Source: a bacterium
GTDB taxonomy: Bacteria > Armatimonadota > Chthonomonadetes > Chthonomonadales > CAJBBX01
DNA length: 21,260 nucleotides
NCBI GenBank assembly: GCA_021811565.1
Contig: JAJZOL010000106.1
Location: forward strand, 1 to 21,260
Direction: 5' to 3'
Shown: positions 7,974 to 16,965 of the stretch, piece by piece
How positions within the stretch are numbered: the stretch's first letter is position 1
Layout of the letters: each line of letters starts with the position of its first letter
Translations under genes and position numbers: made by a program
The notes under the pieces: generated by a model
The model's input: only the letters and a program-made list of their open reading frames with translations
Databases searched by the model: none
Told to the model about the DNA's origin: nothing

Positions 7974-8789
7974 ATGGATGGAGGCAGTCTGTTTAGTACG
8001 TTAGGAATGCCGCTGATTATTATTATTATCCTCGCGATCTTTTTTCTCCCCGCGATCATCAAGGTGCTGCCGGACTGGGAAAGGGCGGTGATTCTTCGTT
8101 TTGGCAAATTCCATCGCGTTACCGGTCCCGGAATTATCTTTTTAATTCCGTATATTGATCGCGCTATAAGGGTGGACACCCGAATCGTGACCATGGACGT
8201 ACCGAAGCAGGAGATGATGACACGCGATAACGTGCCGGTAACCGTGGACGCTGTGGTGCTATTCAAGGTGGTGGATCCGAGCTCCGCAATCCTGAAAATT
8301 GAGAACTTCATTCGCACGTCCTCGCTCATAGCACAAACCTCCTTGCGCAGCACCATTGGTCAGGTGGAGTTGGATACGGTTCTCTCCCAGCGCAATCAGA
8401 TTAATCAAAGCCTGCAAACCACCATCGATGAACAGACCGAGCCCTTCGGCGTGAAGGTTACGGGCGTGGAGGTGCGGGACGTAGCTCTACCCGAAGGCAT
8501 GAGACGGGCGATGGCGGCTCAAGCGGAAGGCGAGCGAGAACGGAGAGCGAAGGTTATCAACTCGCAGGGAGAGTTTGAAGCTGCGGCTAAATTGGTTGAG
8601 GCTGCGGAGCTTATCGCCAAGGAGCCCGCCGCATTGCAATTGCGCTATCTACAAACCATGAGGGATATCGCCTCCGAGCGCAGCAACATGATCATCCTGC
8701 CGATCCCGATTGATTTATTGACGCCTTTCATGGAAATGGCGAAAGCAAGCGGCAAAAATGACTTGCCAGTCCCGCCCGCCCAGAGCTGA
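7974..8789 (+). CDS. SPFH/band-7 (stomatin-like, slipin) membrane protein
   Basis: N-terminal TM segment followed by a typical SPFH core (ERAVILRFGKFHRVTGPGIIFLIPYIDR...TRDNVPVTVDAVVLFKVVDP...) and a coiled Ala/Glu-rich C-terminus. SD GAAGGAG 7 nt upstream. Confidence 0.85.
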   Translation: MDGGSLFSTLGMPLIIIIILAIFFLPAIIKVLPDWERAVILRFGKFHRVTGPGIIFLIPYIDRAIRVDTRIVTMDVPKQEMMTRDNVPVTVDAVVLFKVVDPSSAILKIENFIRTSSLIAQTSLRSTIGQVELDTVLSQRNQINQSLQTTIDEQTEPFGVKVTGVEVRDVALPEGMRRAMAAQAEGERERRAKVINSQGEFEAAAKLVEAAELIAKEPAALQLRYLQTMRDIASERSNMIILPIPIDLLTPFMEMAKASGKNDLPVPPAQS

Positions 8790-8803
8790 GATGTGAAACT
8801 CCA

Positions 8804-8841
8804 AAGGGAGCGTTTGGATGATTCCACGCTCCCTTGTTTTA
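8804..8841. terminator. bidirectional intrinsic terminator between convergent SPFH and cobQ genes
   Basis: AAGGGAGCG-TT-TGGA-TGAT-TCCA-CGCTCCCTT (9-bp stem plus inner 4-bp stem) followed by GTTTTA on the plus strand, and by a moderately T-rich stretch on the minus strand. Confidence 0.6.
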
Positions 8842-8862
8842 TGATCGAAGCTTCAACTGCGT

Positions 8863-10350
8863 TTATTGATTCACCCCCGCAATTTCGAGGATGGCTCTCA
8901 TATCCAGGTGCCGCCTGAAATGATCCGCCAAAAGGTCATAGTTTCCTTGTTTGTCGAGCAGCCTTTTGGAAGGGGCGTATTCCGGGTCGAGCAGATGCAA
9001 GAACCAACATCGAGCCTCCGGCTCATCGAAAAGCCCGTGCAGGTAACATCCGAACACTCTGCGATCCTCGCTCCACGCTCCGTCATATCCACTAACCGGA
9101 GAGCCATTGCGTGAGGATATCGTTAGAAATGGTTTACAATCTCCTGTCATCCTCGTCTTACCCATATGTATCTCATAGCCGCATACTTTGACTTGTTCTC
9201 CTCGGATAACTCCTGCGGAGTGGCACAGCGTTTTCCGCTTTTCCAACACCGTCTCCAAAGGCAAAACACCCAAGCCATCGCTCTCGCCTTTCATGCCCTC
9301 CACGCCGTATGGATCCTTGACGGTTACGCCAAGCATCTGGTATCCCCCGCAGATACCGACGATCACCCCGCCGCTTTCACGATACTCCCGGATGCGCGGT
9401 TCCCACCCCTGTTCGCGAAGCCATGCCAAGTCGCAGCGCACATTCTTGGAACCGGGTAAAATCAGAGCTTTGTAGGGTTTCAATGAAACGGATGCCTGAA
9501 GATATCTTAGTTGAACTGATTCCTCGTTTTGTAGAGCCTGCAGATCGGTGAAATTGGAGATATGTGGCGGAGACAACACCGCTATCGCGATTTTCCCAGG
9601 CTCCAGAGGATCGTTGGAATCGATCATTGGATCCAGGGTGACAGCGTCCTCGGCGTCAATTGCGATATGCCTGAAGTAAGGGATCACCCCCAGCACGGGG
9701 ACTTGCGACATATCCTCCAGCATTCGAACCCCGTCAGCGAAAAGGTTGATATCCCCTCGAAATCGGTTGATAATCACCCCTTTAACCAGAACTCTATCCT
9801 CAGGAGGAAGCACCGCGAGCGTTCCCACAACCTGAGCGAAGACCCCGCCTCTGTCTATGTCCGCCACAAGGATCACCGCAGCGTCGGCGATGCGGGCGGT
9901 TTTAAAGTTGACGAAATCACGATCATACAGGTTCATCTCCGCGCAAGACCCCGCCCCTTCGATAATGAGTAGATCATGATTTCTCATCATCCCGAGGAGG
10001 CTCTCCTTCGCCGTTTGCGCCAAGCGATCCGACGCCTTTAAGTGATTCCCGGCGGATTTTTCCGACCAAACCTTTCCTCGCAGGACAACCTGCACCCCCT
10101 TTTCCGCGCTCGGTTTGAGGAGGACTGGGTTCATGTGAACGATTGGAACAATCCGCGCCGCCTCAGCTTGCACTATCTGCGCCCGCCCCATCTCCAAGCC
10201 ATCCGGAGTGACCCCCGAATTATTGGACATGTTTTGCGCCTTGTACGGCGCCACCCGAACGCCTCGGTCGCTGAATATCCTGCAGAGAGCTGTCGCCACC
10301 ACGCTCTTTCCCACGTCTGACGCGGTTCCCAAAATCGCCAGGTTCCTCAT
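8863..10350 (-). CDS. cobQ: cobyric acid synthase CobQ/CbiP
   Basis: N-terminal P-loop-like LAILGTASDVGKS and the overall CobQ domain order (DTB-synthetase-like ATPase plus a C-terminal glutamine amidotransferase with GICGGYQMLG). Start placed at the ATG 10350, preceded by AAAAGGAGAGGAAGA. The maximal ORF extends 27 codons further. Confidence 0.85.
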   Translation of the reverse strand: MRNLAILGTASDVGKSVVATALCRIFSDRGVRVAPYKAQNMSNNSGVTPDGLEMGRAQIVQAEAARIVPIVHMNPVLLKPSAEKGVQVVLRGKVWSEKSAGNHLKASDRLAQTAKESLLGMMRNHDLLIIEGAGSCAEMNLYDRDFVNFKTARIADAAVILVADIDRGGVFAQVVGTLAVLPPEDRVLVKGVIINRFRGDINLFADGVRMLEDMSQVPVLGVIPYFRHIAIDAEDAVTLDPMIDSNDPLEPGKIAIAVLSPPHISNFTDLQALQNEESVQLRYLQASVSLKPYKALILPGSKNVRCDLAWLREQGWEPRIREYRESGGVIVGICGGYQMLGVTVKDPYGVEGMKGESDGLGVLPLETVLEKRKTLCHSAGVIRGEQVKVCGYEIHMGKTRMTGDCKPFLTISSRNGSPVSGYDGAWSEDRRVFGCYLHGLFDEPEARCWFLHLLDPEYAPSKRLLDKQGNYDLLADHFRRHLDMRAILEIAGVNQ

Positions 10351-10626
10351 ATCTTCCTCTCCTTTTACTTGATTCAGTATTGCACGAAGAACAACAGCTG
10401 AGATTAATGTATTCCATTCCAATGTCACCAAACGGCATATACAGCGACAGAGGACATTACAGGTCGAGTTTCATGGGAGTAATTCCCAATTCCATCCTTG
10501 ATAAAGTGAAGACATTCCAAATATGTCTTCGGCCTATCGAATGGGTCGCTTTTCGGAATGTGGCTTTGCATCCAGGCGAAGCGCAATGATTCCCATCAAA
10601 AAACAATACCATGGGATCTGATACTA

Positions 10627-10635
10627 TGGTATGAT
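10627..10635 (+). promoter_or_regulatory. extended -10 element TGGTATGAT upstream of the transaldolase gene
   Basis: TGn-TATGAT read directly, about 65 nt before the ATG at 10702. It is preceded by a 7-bp hairpin, ATACCAT...ATGGTAT. Confidence 0.35.
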
Positions 10636-10701
10636 AGAATATAAAAGCTAGAAAAATGCAGCATCATCAGTTTTTATCCTATCTACAGGAGGTGCTTCGA
10701 G

Positions 10702-11931
10702 ATGAGCGAAATCGACAGTTTATTACGTGACAAGGCTATTGAGGCGATAAGCGTATGGGAGCGACCTTCATACGCATCCAATCCCGCACTCAAAAAATTG
10801 CGTGCTCTCGGGACGGAGTTATGGCTCGACACCGGAGAGATCGAGGAGGCACGCAAAGTATGGCGGCGTGAGTTCCAAGCAATGACCACGAACAACACCT
10901 TGGTGAACCAGGTAATTCAACGAGGGGAAGTCGATGAGTCGCTCAAGAAATTGATCCGAATGATTCCCGTCGATAAGATGAGCGAGCAAGAGAGGGTCAT
11001 GGAACTTGGTTTCGCCGCGAATTGCGTGGTGGCAATCCGACTTATACGCGCATTTGACGCTCATGTGAGCGTGGAATTGCATCCATCGGTGGCTGAGGAT
11101 ATCGACCGTACCGTTTATTACGCCGAACGATATTACGCCATATGTCCGGAGAGGTTTATCATCAAAATACCGCTTACCCCGGAGGGGTGTTGCGCGGTGC
11201 ACCGCGTCAGGAGCAAGGGAATCCCGGTCAATTACACGCTTGGATTTTCCGCAAGACAGAATTACATGGCGGCGCTTCTTGCAAATCCGTCCTACTGCAA
11301 TGTGTTTCTGGGCAGATTGAATGTGGTGGTATCGGAAAATGGATTTGGTGACGGATGCAATGTGGGAGAGAAAGCCTCCCTCGCGACCCAGCGAGCCATC
11401 CTCTCCATACGCGAAAGAGGATTATCACAAACCCGACTGATCGCCGCATCCATGAGGGAGCCTTCACAAATCACCAAGTTGGCTGGCATGGACGTATTCA
11501 CCATTCCACCGAAAGTGGTGGCGGATTTCATGGCGGAGGATCAGGAAACCAACAGCCTCCACTCTCATGTGGCTGAAAAGTTGGCGGTGAACATACAACC
11601 CGAGGATATGCGACCCTATTTTGACATGCTCTGGTGCGTGAAGGAAAACGTGCATAAAATGGCGTTGCATTTGGGTTCAATGGATTATCTCCATCTCACC
11701 GGGGAGGACATCCGAACGGCTGACTCAGATTTCCAGACTCATCTCTTCCATCGTTTCACTCCCGAGGAGAAGTTGGAAATCAGAGAGCATGGAAAAATCC
11801 CGGACCTGAAGCGATGGATTTCGGATCCGACCATCTCCTTGGATGATTTGATGACACAGTCGGCTCTTCAATCCTTTACAAAGGATCAGATGGAATTGGA
11901 TAATCATCTTGCAAAGCTGATGCATGCATAA
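10702..11931 (+). CDS. transaldolase-family protein with a roughly 140-aa C-terminal extension of unknown function
   Basis: ELWLDTGEIEE (compare LFLDTADxxEI), MTTNNTLV (compare TTNPSLI) and FIIKIPLTPEG (Schiff-base lysine motif IKIPxT). SD ACAGGAGGTG 7 nt upstream. 409 aa, against about 220 aa for short Tal/Fsa types. Confidence 0.7.
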   Translation: MSEIDSLLRDKAIEAISVWERPSYASNPALKKLRALGTELWLDTGEIEEARKVWRREFQAMTTNNTLVNQVIQRGEVDESLKKLIRMIPVDKMSEQERVMELGFAANCVVAIRLIRAFDAHVSVELHPSVAEDIDRTVYYAERYYAICPERFIIKIPLTPEGCCAVHRVRSKGIPVNYTLGFSARQNYMAALLANPSYCNVFLGRLNVVVSENGFGDGCNVGEKASLATQRAILSIRERGLSQTRLIAASMREPSQITKLAGMDVFTIPPKVVADFMAEDQETNSLHSHVAEKLAVNIQPEDMRPYFDMLWCVKENVHKMALHLGSMDYLHLTGEDIRTADSDFQTHLFHRFTPEEKLEIREHGKIPDLKRWISDPTISLDDLMTQSALQSFTKDQMELDNHLAKLMHA

Positions 11932-11984
11932 TCACCTCGTTTCAACGCACTTGCATTAACGAATTATGTGCGGTATTCTGATTG

Positions 11985-12020
11985 GGCGGAGAGATTGTTT
12001 TCTCCGCCTTTCGCCTTAAT
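11985..12020 (+). terminator. rho-independent terminator after the transaldolase gene
   Basis: GGCGGAGA-GATTGTTT-TCTCCGCC followed by TTTCGCCTTAATTTCGTTTAATTTC. Confidence 0.6.
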
Positions 12021-12063
12021 TTCGTTTAATTTCATAATATAGATACCGGCAACTGCAAAACAC

Positions 12064-12100
12064 GCAAACCGGGGGTGCAAGAGAGGTTTGCTGTTTTTTA
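12064..12100 (+). terminator. second hairpin plus T6 run 25 nt before the next start codon (backup terminator or attenuator)
   Basis: GCAAACC-15 nt loop-GGTTTGC followed by TGTTTTTTAC. The downstream gene's ATG is at 12126. Confidence 0.4.
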
Positions 12101-12125
12101 CGGGAGTCGCATTGGTAAGGAATAC

Positions 12126-12692
12126 ATGAATCAGGTGAACAACCCTCCCCATTGTCCGAAATGCAAGGAGGATGTTGAGGAAGGACGAGCGTTTTGCCCC
12201 TACTGCGGAGAGCCGTTAACCGTTTACGCGGACGCCTCCGATTTCAAGGGACCCAACGCCGCGAAAAAAGAGAAGGTCGCACGCTTGGATATCAAGCCTC
12301 CCGCCATCTACGAAATGATGGCGTTATTGATTTCCTGGACGCTCTTCTCCCCCGTCGGCTCCTTGGTGCATCTCTTCACGCATCGCACGGTGACCAACTC
12401 CAGTGGGACGAATTACTTGAATGCATCCTTCGGAGCGTTGCAGGTGATTTTTTATGCGGCCTTTCTAATCCCGGTATCACTGGCGATACTGTTTCTCGCT
12501 TACTCGGCATGGACGCAAAAAAGATGGGCTTGGAACGCATGCCTACTGTTTCTCACGGTTCCTCTGTTCTCATCCCTTTTAGGGTATTGGCCCGCTTCCG
12601 GATTCTGGAGACTAGCATGGATTCTCTTTATTCTACATGCAGGCTATTTCTGGCTCCTTGCACGCACTCGGGAGTGGTATGCGTGCGTGTAG
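12126..12692 (+). CDS. hypothetical membrane protein with an N-terminal zinc-ribbon (CPKC...CPYC) and 4 predicted TM helices
   Basis: Start chosen at the ATG 12126, 5 nt after TAAGGAAT. HCPKCKEDVEEGRAFCPYCGEP is a classic zinc-ribbon. The C-terminal 110 aa are strongly hydrophobic and Trp-rich. Confidence 0.55.
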   Translation: MNQVNNPPHCPKCKEDVEEGRAFCPYCGEPLTVYADASDFKGPNAAKKEKVARLDIKPPAIYEMMALLISWTLFSPVGSLVHLFTHRTVTNSSGTNYLNASFGALQVIFYAAFLIPVSLAILFLAYSAWTQKRWAWNACLLFLTVPLFSSLLGYWPASGFWRLAWILFILHAGYFWLLARTREWYACV

Positions 12693-12852
12693 GATTGAGA
12701 GCACCCCGTGTATTAGCAATAAAAAACAAGGAACATCATCCAACTTGATTTCATGGATTTAAAGGTATAAAATAGAAGCCAGACGCTTACCAATTGAATG
12801 AGGTGAGTTACCGACTCTTCTTTGCATTTCTCGTATTATCCTTGGCGCCCGA

Positions 12853-12875
12853 AGCGAACGCACTTCGCTTTTTTC
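12853..12875 (+). terminator. small intrinsic terminator-like hairpin, AGCGAA-CGCAC-TTCGCT plus TTTTT, in the 255-nt gap upstream of the ppx cluster
   Basis: 6-bp stem with a 5-nt loop followed by a T5-6 run. A promoter-like TTGATT-15 nt-TATAAA lies about 100 nt upstream (12745-12771). Confidence 0.35.
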
Positions 12876-12946
12876 TCGCTTCCCGTGGGATAGCGTACCG
12901 TTTCAAACATATTAAAGCGTCACCTTGACGTATGGGATGGATAACC

Positions 12947-13864
12947 ATGGAGAACAGATGCGCCGCAATTGATGTCGGTACGAACACCGTTAAACTCACC
13001 ATAGTTGAGAAGGAATCCCGCAACGCTTTCATTCCCTTGGTGGACACTGCGGTAACCACACGACTAGGAGAGGGCATTCATGCAAAGCGACTTAGAGAGA
13101 CCGCGATTCGCCGCACGATCAATTGCCTGCAGGATTATATCGCCTTGTGCCGCGCGCATCATGTGGAGCGCGTTGCCGCCGTGGGAACGTCCGCCCTCCG
13201 AGATGCGGTAAATCGAGATGAGTTTCTGGAAAGAGCGGCGGAACTCGGACTGAACGTGAAGGTCATTTCAGGGGAGGAGGAGGCGCGTCTCTCTTTTCTG
13301 GCGGTTTCGCGCGATCCGTTATGGCGTTCCGCGGATAGGGTCGTTGTCGTGGATATCGGTGGGGGCAGTTCGGAGCTTATCCTTGGCGAGCCGAGGCTGG
13401 GGGATATTCAAGAGCGTATCAGCTTTCAGATCGGGGCTGTGCGGTTGACGGAGACTTGCATTCGCTCCGACCCGCCAAGCATACGCGACATGGCGGAATC
13501 CAACGCCGCCGTCTCAGAAGCGATGAAGGGATTCTCCTTGCCAGACTCATCCATGATAGCCGTTGGAGTTGGAGGGACGTTCGTCAACATGGCTGCGGTA
13601 AAGGAGGGGATGGAGCAAAAAAATCCCGAACGGCTGCATGGTGTTCGATTGACATCATTGGACGTGGAGGCGCAAATCACCCTTTACGCCTCGAAAACCA
13701 TTGAGGAGCGGAAAAGAATCACCGGACTTGACCCGGCACGCGCGGATATCATTCTTGGAGGCGCGATCATCCTATCTCAAATTCTCAGCCATTGCGGACA
13801 GGATTCCATCCATTGCAGCACGCGGGGTTTGCGATGGGGGGTGTTGTACGATGCGTTCCGCTGA
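12947..13864 (+). CDS. Ppx/GppA-family protein, N-terminal actin-like ATPase domains only (split gene, part 1)
   Basis: AIDVGTNTVKL...VGTSALRDA...VVDIGGGSSEL...GLDPARADIILGGA match the Ppx/GppA phosphate-binding and adenosine motifs and align with the N-half of the intact paralogue at 14568-16124. The frame ends with TGATAA exactly where the inter-domain linker begins. Confidence 0.8.
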   Translation: MENRCAAIDVGTNTVKLTIVEKESRNAFIPLVDTAVTTRLGEGIHAKRLRETAIRRTINCLQDYIALCRAHHVERVAAVGTSALRDAVNRDEFLERAAELGLNVKVISGEEEARLSFLAVSRDPLWRSADRVVVVDIGGGSSELILGEPRLGDIQERISFQIGAVRLTETCIRSDPPSIRDMAESNAAVSEAMKGFSLPDSSMIAVGVGGTFVNMAAVKEGMEQKNPERLHGVRLTSLDVEAQITLYASKTIEERKRITGLDPARADIILGGAIILSQILSHCGQDSIHCSTRGLRWGVLYDAFR

Positions 13865-13944
13865 TAACCGACTGTATAATCGCCGCTCATCCCTATTAAG
13901 AGAGCATTTATCCGCCACTCAAAATTGTTATTGTGAGGGGAGTT

Positions 13945-14571
13945 ATGGATTCCAAATTGCAACTTGACGCCATATTGCAAATTGCCAGTCGTTACAATTA
14001 TGATTCGCTTCATTCACATCAGGTTGAATGCCTCGCAGGCACTATCTTTATGGAGTTGCTGGAATACCATCAACTGAGCAGGGATGATCGGAAGCTTTTG
14101 GAATATGCGGCCATATTGCACGACATCGGCTACTACGTCGCCAGAAAATCCCACCATCGCCATACGATGATGATGATCCTGACCGAACCGCTCATTCCGT
14201 TCGACAGAGAGGATGTCAAAGTGATAGCCAATGTCGCAAGGTATCACCGCAAGGCTCTTCCCACTCCCGAGCATACCGTTTTCGGCACACTGAACGAAGC
14301 GGACAGGCAAAAAGTTCGCATTCTTGCCGGGATACTGCGTGTTGCCGATGCGCTGGATCACGCCCACAAGAGCCTGGTGAAGGAATTGACATGCGAAGTG
14401 ACGGAGGACTCCGTCGTATTTCATATCGTTTCCGATCAAGATTTGCCAGAGGAGATAGCATCCCTGAACGCTCGCGGGGATCTATTCCGTGAGGTGTTTC
14501 GCAAAACTCCGAAGGTAAAGGTCGAGGTGCCAAGGCTTGCCTCACCTCAGGCGGTTTTTCAAACGTCATGA
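13945..14571 (+). CDS. HD-domain protein corresponding to the Ppx/GppA C-terminal domain (split gene, part 2)
   Basis: ILHDIGYYV (the HD motif) and YHRK align with AYLHDIGCFL and LYHRKG of the intact paralogue's C-half. It has its own SD, GTGAGGGGAG, 4 nt before the ATG. The stop TGA overlaps the ATG of the next gene (ATGA). Confidence 0.75.
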   Translation: MDSKLQLDAILQIASRYNYDSLHSHQVECLAGTIFMELLEYHQLSRDDRKLLEYAAILHDIGYYVARKSHHRHTMMMILTEPLIPFDREDVKVIANVARYHRKALPTPEHTVFGTLNEADRQKVRILAGILRVADALDHAHKSLVKELTCEVTEDSVVFHIVSDQDLPEEIASLNARGDLFREVFRKTPKVKVEVPRLASPQAVFQTS

Positions 14572-16124
14572 AAATACTCGCAGCCATTGATATCGGCACC
14601 AACGCCATCCGTTTGGAAGTGGTTCGAATTGAAGCGGATCATAGCCTGACCACGCTTTCCCAGCAAAAAGAGACCGTGCGACTCGGAGAGGGCGAATTCG
14701 CCACCAACCACATGTCCCCCGCTGCCATCGAAAGAGGCGCTCTCGTTTGCGCTCGTTTCGCGGATATGGCGCGAGGTTTCGGCGCCGAAGAGATCATCGC
14801 ATTGGCGACATCCGCCGTTCGCGAAGCGGAAAACAAGCTTGATTTTCTGGAAAGAGTGAATAAGGAGGCCGATCTGGACGTGAAGGTGATCTCCGGACCG
14901 GAGGAGGCACGCCTGATCTATCTCGGGGTGTCAAGCGGAGCCGCCATAGGAGACAAGCGTTGCATCTTCATAGATATAGGCGGCGGCAGTACCGAGTTGA
15001 TTCTTGGGGATGGAAACGATTACTTCCGCTTGGAGAGTTTGAAGCTAGGGTCCATCCGCCTATCAAACAAATTCCTTCAAGGAGAGAAGGGCGCCATCTC
15101 ACCGGACAAGATGCAGAAGTTGAGGGAATACGTCAGGGGCATTGTAAGTCACACAACGCGTAACCTCACCGATTTCGGATATGAAGCGGTATATGGCAGC
15201 GCCGGCACGATCACCAACCTTGCCGATATCACCGCAAGAAGGCTTGGCGACTCGCCTTCCTCCTTGTTGAACTACTCCGTAAAGGTCTCCGATTTGCAAT
15301 CCAGCGTGGATATGCTTGCCAAGCTAAATTTGGAGGATAGGCGCAAGGTGCCGGGATTGGATCCAGATCGAGCGGACATCATACTCGGGGGTGCGGTGAC
15401 ACTGATGACCATCTTGGAGAATTTAAAGGCTGAGAGGTTGATCATCAGCGACCGAGGGTTGAGGGATGGTATCATTGTGGACAGGCTTATGCAGGAGGCT
15501 CCCTCCAGTCCGCTCTTCGACAACACCTCCCTGCGGAAAAGAAGCATCCTGCAATTCGCCCGCTCATGTAATTATGATGCCGAGCATGCGAAACAGGTTG
15601 CCAGGATCGCCTGTCAGCTTTTTGACGAGATGAAGCGATTGGGGTTTCATCCCTACGGACCGAAGGAGAGGGAGTTGTTGGAATTCGCGGCATATCTGCA
15701 CGACATTGGATGCTTCCTCTCTCACACGAACCATCAAAAACACGCCTATTATCTTATTCGCAACGCCGACATATTAGGGTTCAACGATACGGAAATCGCT
15801 ATCATCGCGAATATCGCTCTTTACCATCGAAAAGGCGTTCCCAGGAAAAAACATGAGAATCTCGCTTCATTAACTCGACCGGTTCGGCACCTTATCAGCG
15901 TTCTTTCGGCGATCATTAGGATTGCGGAGGGGTTGGATCGAAGCCACTTGAATTTGGTTCAAGGGGTGAGGATGGAACCCGCTCATAATCCGGACAGGCT
16001 CATCCTCACGATTCTTTCCGAGGCGGATTGTCAATTGGAGATATGGTGGGTGGAGGAGAACAAGCATCTTTTCGAAACGGTATTCGACAACTCCTTATCC
16101 ATCTCCGTCCACAAACCGGAATAA
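14568..16124 (+). CDS. ppx: exopolyphosphatase / guanosine pentaphosphate phosphohydrolase (intact two-domain Ppx/GppA)
   Basis: 518 aa with AIDIGTNAIRL, DIGGGSTEL and GLDPDRADIILGGA (ATPase half), then an HD half with YLHDIGCFLSH and LYHRKG. Confidence 0.85.
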   Translation: MKILAAIDIGTNAIRLEVVRIEADHSLTTLSQQKETVRLGEGEFATNHMSPAAIERGALVCARFADMARGFGAEEIIALATSAVREAENKLDFLERVNKEADLDVKVISGPEEARLIYLGVSSGAAIGDKRCIFIDIGGGSTELILGDGNDYFRLESLKLGSIRLSNKFLQGEKGAISPDKMQKLREYVRGIVSHTTRNLTDFGYEAVYGSAGTITNLADITARRLGDSPSSLLNYSVKVSDLQSSVDMLAKLNLEDRRKVPGLDPDRADIILGGAVTLMTILENLKAERLIISDRGLRDGIIVDRLMQEAPSSPLFDNTSLRKRSILQFARSCNYDAEHAKQVARIACQLFDEMKRLGFHPYGPKERELLEFAAYLHDIGCFLSHTNHQKHAYYLIRNADILGFNDTEIAIIANIALYHRKGVPRKKHENLASLTRPVRHLISVLSAIIRIAEGLDRSHLNLVQGVRMEPAHNPDRLILTILSEADCQLEIWWVEENKHLFETVFDNSLSISVHKPE

Positions 16125-16145
16125 CCATTCCCCCACCGTCGGCGC

Positions 16146-16838
16146 TTAAGGCTTCACCGCCATTTTGGTTATTTCATCCCCGAGTGTGATTTTATCCACG
16201 ACATTCATCCCCGAGATCACCTTCCCGAACACGCAATAGTTTCCATCGAGGAAATGGTTGGATTTCAGATTGATATAGAACTGCCCATTTGCTGAATTGG
16301 ACTTCGGTGCGTTCAACGCCATCGCCACCGTGCCGGTGATATTCTGCAAATTGTTTTTCTCGAATGGAACATACACCCCCGAGCCTCCCGTTCCAAGACG
16401 AGCCTCCTGTATTTGATTCGGCGTCATCTGGGCTAACTGTTGAGTGGTGTATTTGCGCGTTTGCGGATCTCCCGCCTGCACAACAAAATTCGGCTCCACT
16501 CTATGGAACTTGATCCCGTTATAATAACCGGAGGTCACCAACCGCTTGAATTCCGCGACAGTTTTAGGGGCAGCTTGAGGGTAAAGCTGCATTGTGACAT
16601 CGCCTTTGCCCGCGATGGTCATGACGACATTGAACGCCCCTTTCATCGGCGGCTTGAAAACCTCCGTTGGAGTGGATGTGGAAGCCGTGGAAGTGGAAGA
16701 CGACGAACTCGAAGAGCTTGTGTTATCCTGGTCCGCCGGATTGCCTATCAGACCACCCTTGGGGGGTTTCGGCTCGACGATGAACATAACAAGAAGACCA
16801 AAGATAACGATTCCGAAAATCCAGAGAATTGATTTCAT
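16146..16838 (-). CDS. membrane-anchored cyclophilin-type peptidyl-prolyl cis-trans isomerase
   Basis: N-terminal TM helix, a Ser/Thr-rich linker (SSSSSSSSTSTASTSTPT), then the cyclophilin core FHRVEPNFVVQAGDP...GTVAMA...NGSQFYINL-like motifs. Confidence 0.85.
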   Translation of the reverse strand: MKSILWIFGIVIFGLLVMFIVEPKPPKGGLIGNPADQDNTSSSSSSSSTSTASTSTPTEVFKPPMKGAFNVVMTIAGKGDVTMQLYPQAAPKTVAEFKRLVTSGYYNGIKFHRVEPNFVVQAGDPQTRKYTTQQLAQMTPNQIQEARLGTGGSGVYVPFEKNNLQNITGTVAMALNAPKSNSANGQFYINLKSNHFLDGNYCVFGKVISGMNVVDKITLGDEITKMAVKP

Positions 16839-16965
16839 AGTTCAACCTTACATGTGAAGATGTGATAATTGATTGTTTACGCGGGTTCGATTTTACACAA
16901 TAGACGAACAATTGTCAACAAAATCCATGCTTTCATGGATGAGCAAAATGCTCGGCGTGGGTATT

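Noticed and set aside
6852-8356. Minus-strand ORFs 6852-7295, 6986-7276, 7437-7904 and 7664-8356
   Set aside because: Antisense shadows of the beta-helix and SPFH genes, with Ser/Thr/Ile-rich low-complexity translations and no RBS.
10351-10701. Cobalamin riboswitch in the 350-nt leader upstream of cobQ (minus strand)
   Set aside because: GGGAAU, GCCACAUUCC, CCCAUUCG and GCCGAAGAC occur in the right order. However, the GAAGAC is part of a simple perfect 8-bp hairpin (GAAGACAT-N7-ATGTCTTC, 10509-10531), and the B12 box continuation (CCUGCC) and the GGUGnAAnUCC element are missing. It is not convincing without a CM search.
14014-14608. Minus-strand ORFs 14014-14439 and 14216-14608
   Set aside because: Antisense to the HD-domain gene and the start of intact ppx. 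Shadow ORFs.
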